Assembly (NCBI GenBank): GCA_041573795.1
Contig: JBFFQB010000001.1
Coordinates: 82,876-146,875 of the forward strand
Length of the DNA stretch: 64,000 nucleotides
Reading direction: 5' to 3'
Source: Anaerolineales bacterium
Lineage (GTDB): Bacteria > Chloroflexota > Anaerolineae > Anaerolineales > E44-bin32
In this document: in pieces, positions 49,927 to 58,470 of the stretch
Layout: each line of letters opens with the position of its first letter
How positions within the stretch are numbered: the first letter of the stretch is position 1
Notes under the pieces: generated by a model
What the model saw: only the letters and a program-made list of their open reading frames with translations
Told to the model about the DNA's origin: nothing
The model's database searches: none
Program-made: the position numbers and the translations under genes

Positions 49927-50931
49927 ATGCAAAGGGCGTTCTCTCCTTCTGGTTACCTTGATCGGCAGGCGGATCAAATCGAGGCACTGCTTCTAGATTA
50001 TGAAGCCCCTGCGCGCGTTGAAGGCGGAATCATCCGTGAGGATCGCGTACGCTACCACCTCACCCCGAACGTCGGTACCGGGGTGCAGAATCTGATCGTA
50101 GCCGCAGATCGACTTGCCGAGTCGCTTGGCGTTGAAGGTTTGCACATTCAGGCTGAAGCGGATGGCATCACCATGGATATGCCGTTTCGTCCAGCTACGG
50201 GTCTGCGGATGTTGCCGCTGCTACATTCAATCCGGCGCATTCAGCCGTGCACCTCGCTGGCTGGCATGCAGGCCGGTCAGAGGCCTTTGCTGATCGATTG
50301 GTCGCGATCATCTACGTGGCATGCGTGGATTGACGCTCCCGGCGGGTCAGGTAAATCTGAACTTCTGCGATCGCTCCTGGTCTCCCTGGCGCTCACCAGC
50401 CGCAGCAGTGAGGTTCAATTTCTCGGTATTGATCTTGGTGGCCGTGAACTGGCAGTGCTGGAGGCATTACCTCAATCGACATATATGCTAGCCAGCGAGG
50501 CGGGCTATGCCGATGAATTACTGCATTGGTTAGTGGAAGAGATTGATCACCGCAGGCGCATCGGCTTTTCGAACCCTCACCTTTTTCTCTTCATCGATGA
50601 GGCTGAGGGGTTGCTAGACACTATGGGGTTGGAGCTCGATTCGCTGCTGCAAGAGATTGCGTTGAAGGGAAGACATGCGGGCGTGCACATGATTGGTGCG
50701 TGTCGGTCAACGGTTTTTAACCGATTGCCGTCCTTACAGGCACTACCCGGTATGGTGCGTGCCTTTCCTGAGCAGGGATCTGGGGCTGATCAACCTTCAA
50801 TTGTTGGCAGGTTTGTGTTCCACGAACATCATCATGAAGCTACAGTGGATATCGCCTGGTTGACCGCGCGCGATCTGGATACTGCGGTTGATCTGGCACG
50901 TTCAGGATGGCGAGCGTGTGAGCGCAGATAG
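49927..50931 (+). CDS. truncated soluble FtsK/SpoIIIE-like P-loop ATPase (alpha+beta motor core only)
   Basis: FtsK-alpha-like segment (RVRYHLTPNVGTGVQNLIVAADRLAESLGVEGLHIQAEADGITMDMP), Walker A APGGSGKSELL, Walker B LFLFIDEAEGLL. No TM segments and no gamma/KOPS-binding domain. Confidence 0.7.
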   Translation: MQRAFSPSGYLDRQADQIEALLLDYEAPARVEGGIIREDRVRYHLTPNVGTGVQNLIVAADRLAESLGVEGLHIQAEADGITMDMPFRPATGLRMLPLLHSIRRIQPCTSLAGMQAGQRPLLIDWSRSSTWHAWIDAPGGSGKSELLRSLLVSLALTSRSSEVQFLGIDLGGRELAVLEALPQSTYMLASEAGYADELLHWLVEEIDHRRRIGFSNPHLFLFIDEAEGLLDTMGLELDSLLQEIALKGRHAGVHMIGACRSTVFNRLPSLQALPGMVRAFPEQGSGADQPSIVGRFVFHEHHHEATVDIAWLTARDLDTAVDLARSGWRACERR

Positions 50932-50956
50932 CCCGCAAAGGTGACAAAAGTAGACC

Positions 50957-51238
50957 GTGAGGTGGTTCATGAGATTGGTCAAAGTACAAGAGCCTATTCG
51001 TGTTGTTCATTCTGCACGATCGCGAATGCCAAAATCCTTCACGTGGCGGACGAGGCAGCATCAGGTGTGGAAAATTGATGGTTTCAAACAGGAGAGCATT
51101 GACCGCGCCCAGGGAATGGCGAAGCGAAGGGTGTATCGAGTACAGACCTATTCAGGTTTGCGTTGTTCCCTATCCTATGATGAGGCGAGAAATCGCTGGC
51201 GCATCGAAACGATCAGTCCGAAGGGAGTAGGAGGATGA
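50957..51238 (+). CDS. small basic Trp/Arg-rich protein, function unknown
   Basis: 93-aa ORF (alternative ATG at 50969 after GAGGTGG), 25 nt after the ATPase stop. I did not recognise a family. Confidence 0.5.
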   Translation: MRWFMRLVKVQEPIRVVHSARSRMPKSFTWRTRQHQVWKIDGFKQESIDRAQGMAKRRVYRVQTYSGLRCSLSYDEARNRWRIETISPKGVGG

Positions 51239-51486
51239 ATATCGGGATGTTGTGGTTCGATGAAGATCCATCAAGCAGCTTACCGTCACGAGTTGAACGT
51301 GCAGCTAGCTACTACCAGTCGAAATATGGACGTCAACCCAATACTTGCGTTCTCCACCCGAATACGCTGGGCGAAGTTGATCCTGCATCAATCCCGGTTG
51401 TCAAAGTTGAGACCAGTATGAGGGTATTACCCGAACACTTCTGGGTAGGCGTTGAGGACAAGAAGTTGATTTTGGATCCGGCGTAA
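51235..51486 (+). CDS. small protein, function unknown
   Basis: 83-aa ORF whose ATG overlaps the previous stop (ATGA), GGGAG 7 nt upstream. I did not recognise a family. Confidence 0.5.
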   Translation: MNIGMLWFDEDPSSSLPSRVERAASYYQSKYGRQPNTCVLHPNTLGEVDPASIPVVKVETSMRVLPEHFWVGVEDKKLILDPA

Positions 51487-51541
51487 GCTCAACAAACGGG
51501 GCCAAGTTTAACTAGAAATATCCTTGGCTAAATTTAAGAGG

Positions 51542-52525
51542 CTACGCGGTAACTGCTGAGATGAAGCGATCAAGCGCGACATCAAGATCCATTTGCCCAT
51601 TCTTTGAGCGCCGGTCGATTTCTAATAGTTCATGGTAGATACGATCAAGGTCATCCATTGAGAAATTGCGCGCTTGGTTGGCAGCTTTCTTTACGACAAA
51701 ATCGCTTCGATGAATACTCTGATCAGGAACTCTAGCCGAATCGATCATTGCTCTGGCTAGCAGAATTAATCGGAATTGGCGAATAATCATTGCGAAGATC
51801 TTTTTGACATCTACTTCTTGAAGAATCTCATGAAGTTTCTTTTGCGCGTCTTCCCCGCGTCGCTGTCCGATGGCATCTACGAGGGCGAAGATATTCGATT
51901 GTCCTCGATAAGGTGTGCACTGCTCGACATCTTCGACCTGGATAGCACGTTGTAGGTCTACGTAATCCAGCAATTTGCGCAGCTCTTGAGATGCTAGGCG
52001 GGGGTCTTCCTGGGTCCACTCCGCTAACAATATTGCTGCGTCGTGCTCAATAGAACCGTCTTGAGAGCTGGCGCGATCCTTGAGCCACTGAATAAAACCT
52101 GAACCTTGCTTTGTTACACATGGGTGGATCAAGCTGAGATCTGGGTTATCTTCGGCCCACTTTTGAAGAGCTGTCTTTATCCTGGGCTTTGTTGAGCGCT
52201 GGGGGGCTGAATGCTCCAGGAGAAGAAGAGCAGTACTTTCGGGAATATTTTCAAGCAGAGACATCAGGCGCTGACGGCTTGATTCGTCTTTTTGCAAGCG
52301 CTCAGCTTGGTCAAGAACGACTAACCTGCGGGGGGATAGAAAGGGCAGTGAGCTAGCAGCCGCTTCGAACCCCGGCCAGTCAAGATCCGCTGCTTGAAAT
52401 TGCTGAAAATTCATCTCTGCTGTTGTTGAATCACCAAGCCTGCTTTTTAGACCCTGAATAAATTCGGTCATGGCAAATTCATCATCGCCATGCAGCAGAT
52501 ACACTCTTGGCGGAATGTCAGGCAT
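51542..52525 (-). CDS. holA: DNA polymerase III subunit delta
   Basis: About 330 aa. N-terminal VYLLHGDDEF clamp-loader delta pattern and helical C-terminal domains. Start at MPDIPP overlaps the upstream gene by 8 nt. Confidence 0.75.
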   Translation of the reverse strand: MPDIPPRVYLLHGDDEFAMTEFIQGLKSRLGDSTTAEMNFQQFQAADLDWPGFEAAASSLPFLSPRRLVVLDQAERLQKDESSRQRLMSLLENIPESTALLLLEHSAPQRSTKPRIKTALQKWAEDNPDLSLIHPCVTKQGSGFIQWLKDRASSQDGSIEHDAAILLAEWTQEDPRLASQELRKLLDYVDLQRAIQVEDVEQCTPYRGQSNIFALVDAIGQRRGEDAQKKLHEILQEVDVKKIFAMIIRQFRLILLARAMIDSARVPDQSIHRSDFVVKKAANQARNFSMDDLDRIYHELLEIDRRSKNGQMDLDVALDRFISAVTA

Positions 52526-53051
52526 GTAGTATCGAGGTGACGATGCGATGGAAGGGACGAGGTTCTTCTCCGACTCGATGAACGCCAAGAATCTCAAGAT
52601 CTCCTGGCGTTGCATCAACAGTCAGATGCCTTTGTGCTGCTCTACCCAATGGTTGCGCCAGCAGCAGAGCTCCCATAGATAGCAATATCGCATTCGGCAA
52701 GCGATCCAGGCGACGCCGCCAACCATCTTTATCACTTCCAAGCAACGCGATAAAGGAAGCACCACCTGCAAGAATGCCTGAGGTAACCAGGTTAGTACCA
52801 CAATTGGGATGTATCGCTAACTGACGTTCACCCTGGCGTAATCTCTGCAGTGCTTCATGAGCGATATTTTCTAGGTCGGAGGTTTCAATATGTCCATAAA
52901 TATAAAAGCCCCCAGGATCAGAACGGCCAATGAAGGATCGCCGGGGGTAATCCCGTGTGAGCAGGTGGATTGTTGCGTGCTCAAGACCATGATTGCGACG
53001 AACGTGTGAGAGTGTCGGTTGGTTGAGAAGTGATTGCAACAGATTAGGCAT
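52518..53051 (-). CDS. conserved hypothetical protein with HGLEHATIH and HPNCGTN motifs
   Basis: 177-aa ORF with His/Cys-containing motifs and a hydrophobic C-terminal half; translationally coupled to holA. Confidence 0.6.
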   Translation of the reverse strand: MPNLLQSLLNQPTLSHVRRNHGLEHATIHLLTRDYPRRSFIGRSDPGGFYIYGHIETSDLENIAHEALQRLRQGERQLAIHPNCGTNLVTSGILAGGASFIALLGSDKDGWRRRLDRLPNAILLSMGALLLAQPLGRAAQRHLTVDATPGDLEILGVHRVGEEPRPFHRIVTSILHA

Positions 53052-53137
53052 ATACCCTCAATTCTTCCTGAAGCGATTATACCCCGCATCGGTTTCCAGG
53101 CTTGTGGTCAAGCGCTGTGTCTGGTAAAAATCAGAGT

Positions 53138-54148
53138 ATGACATGGGACATGGTCGGGCATTCGTGGGCTGAAACTCTGCTGCAAAAGCATATCAAGACT
53201 CAGCGCGTGCGCCATGCTTATCTAATAAGTGGGGATGAAGGGGTAGGAAAACGCACGCTAGCGCTCAAGTTTGCAATGGCATTGAATTGTTCAAAGGATG
53301 GGGAAGAAGGAAAACACTGCCAGCAATGTCGGGCATGCACGTTAATCCCGGCAGGATTGTATCCAGATATGCACGAAATCACCCCCGAGCAGGGCACAAC
53401 ATCGATAAAAGTAGACCAGGTACGGGAACTCATGCAGCAACTGGCTTTATCCCCGTATGAGAGTCGATGGCGAATTGCGCTAATCGCTGATTTTGAACGC
53501 GCCACAGAAGAAGCCGCAAACGCCCTCTTAAAAACCCTTGAGGAGCCTCCGGAAAAAGTGGTTGTGATCTTGACAGCCAGGGATCCAGCATCGCTGTTGC
53601 CAACGATCGTTTCCCGTTGTGAAGAGTTACCGCTAAGAGCTGTCGTGAAGGAAGAAATCATTGAAGAGCTCAAGAAGAGAGAGGTGTCTGAGGATCGTGC
53701 AGCCTTAATCGCAGGAATTGCGCAGGGTCGTCCTGGTTGGGCAATACGCTATGCGGATGAACCTGAGAAGCTAGAAGCTCGGGAGGAAATTATTGGCCAA
53801 CTGTCACAGACGCTGCAAGCCTCGATAAGTGAGCGCTTTGATTATGTTGGGGGGTTGCTATCGCCAAAGGAAGATCTCGATATTCAGCGTCAGAAAGTTC
53901 TCGATTTACTCCGAATCTGGATGGGGGTATGGCGGGATGCCTTGCAAAGAAGCTTCAATCCAGAAATGGGTATCGTGAATCGTGACCAGTCGAAGCTCGT
54001 AGAGATAATGAACATGGCGCTTGATTCGGAGGCGCTTCACGGAAGTGTGAAAGCAGTGCAACGGACACAAGAGGCGATTGAGCATTTTGTGAACATACGA
54101 TTAGCCTTAGAGGTTTTGATGCTTGATCTTCCCTTCATTCGGGAATAA
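53138..54148 (+). CDS. holB: DNA polymerase III subunit delta prime
   Basis: HAYLISGDEGVGKRTLA, zinc-module CQQCRAC, sensor region ANALLKTLEEPP. Confidence 0.88.
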   Translation: MTWDMVGHSWAETLLQKHIKTQRVRHAYLISGDEGVGKRTLALKFAMALNCSKDGEEGKHCQQCRACTLIPAGLYPDMHEITPEQGTTSIKVDQVRELMQQLALSPYESRWRIALIADFERATEEAANALLKTLEEPPEKVVVILTARDPASLLPTIVSRCEELPLRAVVKEEIIEELKKREVSEDRAALIAGIAQGRPGWAIRYADEPEKLEAREEIIGQLSQTLQASISERFDYVGGLLSPKEDLDIQRQKVLDLLRIWMGVWRDALQRSFNPEMGIVNRDQSKLVEIMNMALDSEALHGSVKAVQRTQEAIEHFVNIRLALEVLMLDLPFIRE

Positions 54149-54198
54149 AAAAAACGCCTGCATTGATTTTGCACGCGGATAATCTTCAAACATTGCGA

Positions 54199-54459
54199 TC
54201 AGCGAGGTTCTACAACAAAGCGTAGTGCCGTTCGCTCCTTGCCATTAATCTCGACTGATGTGAACTCCGGGATGCAGATGACATCAAGGCCATCTTCATG
54301 CAGGTATCCGCGAGCGATAGCAACGGCTTTTATTGCTTGGTTGACAGCGCCGGCACCTATCGCCTGTACTTCGGCTCGTCGATGCTCGCGCACCACCCCC
54401 GCGATTGCTCCCGCAACTGCCGATGTGCGAGACTCGGACGAGACCTTTATGATATTCAT
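54199..54459 (-). CDS. spoVS: stage V sporulation protein S homolog
   Basis: 86 aa. MNIIKVSSESRTSAVAGAIAGVVRE...AIGAGAVNQAIKAVAIARGY matches the SpoVS pattern I recall. GGAG 8 nt upstream. Confidence 0.9.
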   Translation of the reverse strand: MNIIKVSSESRTSAVAGAIAGVVREHRRAEVQAIGAGAVNQAIKAVAIARGYLHEDGLDVICIPEFTSVEINGKERTALRFVVEPR

Positions 54460-54697
54460 CGGGCTTTCTCCATTGGCGGCTGAAACGACTACGCCCGATC
54501 ACCTGTATCGGTTTTTGAATTGTACAGGATTCAAGGAGACTCATCAAGCAGGAGCTGAAACAAGTCATATCTAAAAGGGCAAAAAGGGGTTAATTCAAGT
54601 GACAAGTATGCTCTCAATTTATTTTTTTTAACGCCATCAATAGGCCTGACTGTATCAGCACGAAGCAAACATATATTTCACGGAGGAAAGATAAGTC

Positions 54698-55024
54698 ATG
54701 GATGAACAACCTCAGGTAAGTAGCGACGATAAGCTTTGGGCAGCTTTAGGGTATCCCATCCCTATCATTGCCATCATTGTCCTCTTAATGGAAGAAAAGA
54801 AGAATGTACCCTTCTTGCGCTTTCACGCCGTACAATCGATCGCGCTTAACATCGCGATCTGGGTCTTGATCATATTGCTGATCACGGTGACCTTGGGACT
54901 GGGCGGTATCTGTGCCCCCTTGCTTTGGCTTGTAACGCTTTGGCCGGCATACGATTCGTTCCAAGGCAATTTCACCGAAATCCCCGTCATCACCAAGTTC
55001 ATTAAAGGTCAAGGCTGGGGTTAA
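54698..55024 (+). CDS. DUF4870-family small membrane protein
   Basis: DKLWAALGYPIPIIAIIVLL...FHAVQSIALNI pattern with three TM helices. Confidence 0.7.
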   Translation: MDEQPQVSSDDKLWAALGYPIPIIAIIVLLMEEKKNVPFLRFHAVQSIALNIAIWVLIILLITVTLGLGGICAPLLWLVTLWPAYDSFQGNFTEIPVITKFIKGQGWG

Positions 55025-55043
55025 ACCTGCACTTGAAAACAAT

Positions 55044-55070
55044 AAAAGGCCCGCCTCAGGTGGGCCTTTT
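55044..55070. terminator. bidirectional rho-independent terminator
   Basis: AAAA-GGCCCGC-ctcag-GTGGGCC-TTTT between convergent genes. Confidence 0.8.
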
Positions 55071-55141
55071 GATCTTAAGGGGAGGATTGAGCCGGTAGGA
55101 GTTAAGGATACCGATGGGCAAAGCAAGCTTGAAGCGCCACC

Positions 55142-55840
55142 TCACTCCGTGAAGCCGTTAACACGTGCAACTTCGTCCTCTGCAAATACGACTTCTTCCT
55201 TCCCGGCGATCTTTTCGATGATCTTCTCAACGATCAGCTTCAGATGCGAATCGTGGGCCACATAATCAAGATCATCAGAAGGCACTGTCAAGATAGGGCA
55301 GAGCGTAAATGTTTGAACCCAAATTTCATAGAGGTCATTTAGCCGCTGAAGATATTCTGGTTCAATTTGACGCTCGTAGTCTCTTCCTCTCAATGCAATC
55401 CGCTCAATAAGAGTAGGAACAGATGCCCGCAGGTACACGACTAGATCGGGTGGAGGCAGGAATTGCGCCAAGACATGATACAGTTCGCGGTACGAAGTGT
55501 AATCGCGCTCGGTCATATTTCCCTGAAGGAAGAGATTGTAGGCGAACACTTCAGCATCCTCGTACACGCTGCGATCCTGGATGGCTGAGTTGGGATGATC
55601 CAGCAATGCGCGGTGAGTAGAGAGACGCCGGGTAAGAAAAAATATCTGCGATTGAAATGCCCATGCGGTCATATCAGCGTAGAAATCCGCAAGATAGGGA
55701 TTTTCCCCCACAGGTTCGAAGAAGGGCGACCATCCAAGTTGAGCAGAGAGGAGTTCAACAAGTGTAGATTTTCCTACGCCAATGTTTCCTGCCACAGCCA
55801 CGAATCTCTTGGGTTTGGTAGGTTCCACTTGAGGGCTCAT
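55142..55840 (-). CDS. deoxynucleoside kinase
   Basis: P-loop GNIGVGKSTL, FEPV..NPYL, DRS and arginine-rich lid (RIALRGRDYER). ATG overlaps the upstream stop (ATGA). Confidence 0.9.
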   Translation of the reverse strand: MSPQVEPTKPKRFVAVAGNIGVGKSTLVELLSAQLGWSPFFEPVGENPYLADFYADMTAWAFQSQIFFLTRRLSTHRALLDHPNSAIQDRSVYEDAEVFAYNLFLQGNMTERDYTSYRELYHVLAQFLPPPDLVVYLRASVPTLIERIALRGRDYERQIEPEYLQRLNDLYEIWVQTFTLCPILTVPSDDLDYVAHDSHLKLIVEKIIEKIAGKEEVVFAEDEVARVNGFTE

Positions 55841-56829
55841 GCTCCCGTCCTGGTAGCCCAATCATCGATCCATGTTGCATTTTGATCAATGTAGGCCTGA
55901 AGCATTTGCATACGCCGTTGCTTGTGTTTTTTGCCCAATCTTACTTGAGCAAGGAAAGCATGCCACATCTTGTAATGGGCTTCGTTATCCTCGTTATCGG
56001 GCAGGGTTGCCATTATGCGTTCCCAGCTCTGAAGCAATGGCCAAAGGATCGCTTCAGTATGGCCCTCCTCCATCAGGGCTTGAAATCCATGCAAGTAATA
56101 ATCACGTCGACACTGGGCTACGCCATGCTGAGAAGATCCTTGAGAAGCCGCATCATAAGCTCGAGCCCAGCCAGCGACTGTAACCGGAACATCCCATGAA
56201 GATAAGTGCTCGCCCCCGAGTAAGGAGAGAAAGCCATTGTAGAGCTCGGGAAAATTAAAATGATTTGCTTGCTCAGCCAAATAAAGTGCCAGTTGACGTC
56301 CGCTAACAGGAAATCCATCTAATAGCACCACTGCGTTTGCTGCTTCTAGCGTAGCGCGAAGATAAATCTTTAACCAGCGTTGGGAAATTGCCAACAGCGA
56401 TTGACCCTGGCGCGCTCGCTTAATAAAGGCCTTCGCCCGAGCGTGGACATGATCGGATCGATAAAACTGTCCCCTTGCCCCTGCTTGTGCCCACTCGAAA
56501 AAGTGTTCGGGATCGTGTAAAAAAATGGGCTCGCACAGGGCTGGTCCTAGCCATGGATCCACACGAAGGTCACTGGGCTTCATGTAGAGTTCTTTCGAAT
56601 GGTGGGTTATATCAAGATGAACTTGATGAGATAGACGAACGACCTCGCGTTGATGCACAGGATCGGATTGATGGATGAGGACCAGATCGATATCAGCAGT
56701 TTCACCGAGCAGTGGGTCGCCTCCCGCTACACTGCCAATCAGGTAGCCAGATAGAATATCTCCATTGCTCGCTCGAAGGAGAGTCTCTTTTTTAGCGAGA
56801 TCGATCAATTGTTGGCGGCTGATTTTCAC
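55837..56829 (-). CDS. Pol-beta-superfamily nucleotidyltransferase-fold protein with helical C-terminal domain, function unknown
   Basis: hG[GS]-x9-13-DhD signature (IGSVAGGDPLLGETADIDLV). GTG start overlaps the upstream stop (GTGA). Confidence 0.6.
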   Translation of the reverse strand: MKISRQQLIDLAKKETLLRASNGDILSGYLIGSVAGGDPLLGETADIDLVLIHQSDPVHQREVVRLSHQVHLDITHHSKELYMKPSDLRVDPWLGPALCEPIFLHDPEHFFEWAQAGARGQFYRSDHVHARAKAFIKRARQGQSLLAISQRWLKIYLRATLEAANAVVLLDGFPVSGRQLALYLAEQANHFNFPELYNGFLSLLGGEHLSSWDVPVTVAGWARAYDAASQGSSQHGVAQCRRDYYLHGFQALMEEGHTEAILWPLLQSWERIMATLPDNEDNEAHYKMWHAFLAQVRLGKKHKQRRMQMLQAYIDQNATWIDDWATRTGA

Positions 56830-57470
56830 AAGCGGAGCTCATCCTGTAGCGGTAATTCTTGCTGATAAGGTGGGATTCCAAGGGCAGCTTTTATTCGATT
56901 GATGACAAAATTGAGATGTTCCTTGCTGGCGACGAAGTCAAGCGGTGTTGTGTCGAGGATAAGTACGTTGGTTGCGCGGTAGTTACTGAAAAAATCTTCA
57001 TAGGCTTGATTAAGTTCGTTGATATATTCACGCTCCATATTTCTCTCATAGGAGCGATCACGCATAGCGATGCGCTGCATCGCAGTATCGGTCTCTGCGC
57101 GTAGATAGACGATCAGGTCGGGTTTTTTGATTCTTTCCGCAAGTGCCTCATGAAGCAGAGTATAGGTATCAAGCTCATCCCCCGAGAGATTAAGATGTGC
57201 AAAGATGGAATCTTTTTCGAAAGTGTAATCTGAAAGAAGATTCCCTTTGGCCAATAAATCGGGGATGGCTTCACGTTGCTGTCGGTAGCGACTCAGCAAA
57301 AAAAATATCTGTGTCTGGAAAGCATAGCGCCTGCGATCACCATAGAAATTGCTGAGAAACGGGTTCTCTTCGAAGATCTCGAGAACGATCTCAGCGTTAA
57401 ACACAGGTTGCAGCAAGCGAGTCAGGGATGTTTTCCCGACTCCGATAACACCTTCAATCGCAATGTACAT
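56826..57470 (-). CDS. deoxynucleoside kinase (second paralog)
   Basis: P-loop GVIGVGKTSL, FEENPFL, lid RIAMRDRSYER. Confidence 0.9.
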   Translation of the reverse strand: MYIAIEGVIGVGKTSLTRLLQPVFNAEIVLEIFEENPFLSNFYGDRRRYAFQTQIFFLLSRYRQQREAIPDLLAKGNLLSDYTFEKDSIFAHLNLSGDELDTYTLLHEALAERIKKPDLIVYLRAETDTAMQRIAMRDRSYERNMEREYINELNQAYEDFFSNYRATNVLILDTTPLDFVASKEHLNFVINRIKAALGIPPYQQELPLQDELRL

Positions 57471-57606
57471 AGGATGGATTAATCCTGATCGTGGGATATG
57501 CTACAGTCGCCAAGGATACATGGCTCTTCGTAGCGACGCAAGCCCTGTGTTTTAAGGGAGTAGGTTCAGATGAACGCAGGATCAGACAAATGGGCAGCTA
57601 AAGTGC

Positions 57607-58470
57607 CTAATCTGGCAAAGACGAAGAAGGTGAAGCCGGTTCGTAGCGAAACTGGAGGCAGTAGTGATGGTGGATGTTACTCACCCAGGCATTGCCCATA
57701 CCATAAGGCGCAAGAGGTACATTGTCCTGAAGCCAGACCCTCTCATCCTTAAGTGAAAGGAAGGAACTCAGGCGCTGGGCTAAGTCCCAAGCCAGGGGAT
57801 AGATGCGCCCTCCTTTCTTTAGGTTTTTAACAATGATTGTGATATAGGCTCGTGGTTTAAGGTTGGTTACCACGCCCTTATAGATTCGGGTCAGTTGATC
57901 CAGAAAATCATCATAGTCATCGATATTCCCCAGATCAGCTGGATGATCGGAGTAGACAACATCCAGCGTTGGGGAGTCACGACGCTTTTGTTGCGTTTCT
58001 GCGCCGCGCGCATGGAGCATGTTCCAGTATGGTGGCGAGGTGAGGATGTAATCGATTGGGGGTAACTCCAACCTATCTACTTCAGCGGCGTCAGCCGTAA
58101 TTATTTTCGCATGCAGGTCCGCAGCGGCCGCCCCTATCTTCTCACGCTCTTGATCGATCAATTCGCGCGCAATATCGGCATACTGGGGATTGAGTTCTAT
58201 GCCAATACTATGTCGACCGCTTCGAAGGCTGGCAATTAGCGTTGAACCGGTCCCGGCCATCGGATCAAGAATGGTCGCGCCTGATTTTGAAAAAAACTCG
58301 ATGAAAGACTGGGCGAGTGTTTCGGGAAATTTTGCCGGATGTCGTTTGACATCTTTCTTTCGTGGTGGAGGGTTGTGAATGAACCAGGATTTTTGGAACT
58401 TGATCCATTGCTTGGGATTGAGATCGTTCAGTTGATTTCTAAAAGGGCGTTTTGTTGGCATAGGAATCAA
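57607..58470 (-). CDS. DNA methyltransferase (N6-A/N4-C type), orphan
   Basis: HPAKFPETL + ILDPMAGTGST (AdoMet motif I) lies N-terminal to ILTSPPYWN (motif IV). TTG start overlaps the upstream stop; alternative ATG at 58461. Confidence 0.85.
   Translation of the reverse strand: MIPMPTKRPFRNQLNDLNPKQWIKFQKSWFIHNPPPRKKDVKRHPAKFPETLAQSFIEFFSKSGATILDPMAGTGSTLIASLRSGRHSIGIELNPQYADIARELIDQEREKIGAAAADLHAKIITADAAEVDRLELPPIDYILTSPPYWNMLHARGAETQQKRRDSPTLDVVYSDHPADLGNIDDYDDFLDQLTRIYKGVVTNLKPRAYITIIVKNLKKGGRIYPLAWDLAQRLSSFLSLKDERVWLQDNVPLAPYGMGNAWVSNIHHHYCLQFRYEPASPSSSLPD

Noticed and set aside
49927-51486. Minimal type VII secretion locus (FtsK/SpoIIIE ATPase + WXG100-like small proteins)
   Set aside because: The ATPase has a single motor module and no TM segments, unlike EssC/EccC. 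The small proteins are Pro-rich and not predicted to form helical hairpins. The only W-x-G (FWVGV) lies near the C-terminus of the third protein rather than mid-hairpin. The SOS-type promoter argues for a DNA-related role.
57607-58470. Complete restriction-modification system
   Set aside because: No endonuclease-like, specificity-subunit or helicase ORF lies on either side of the methyltransferase.
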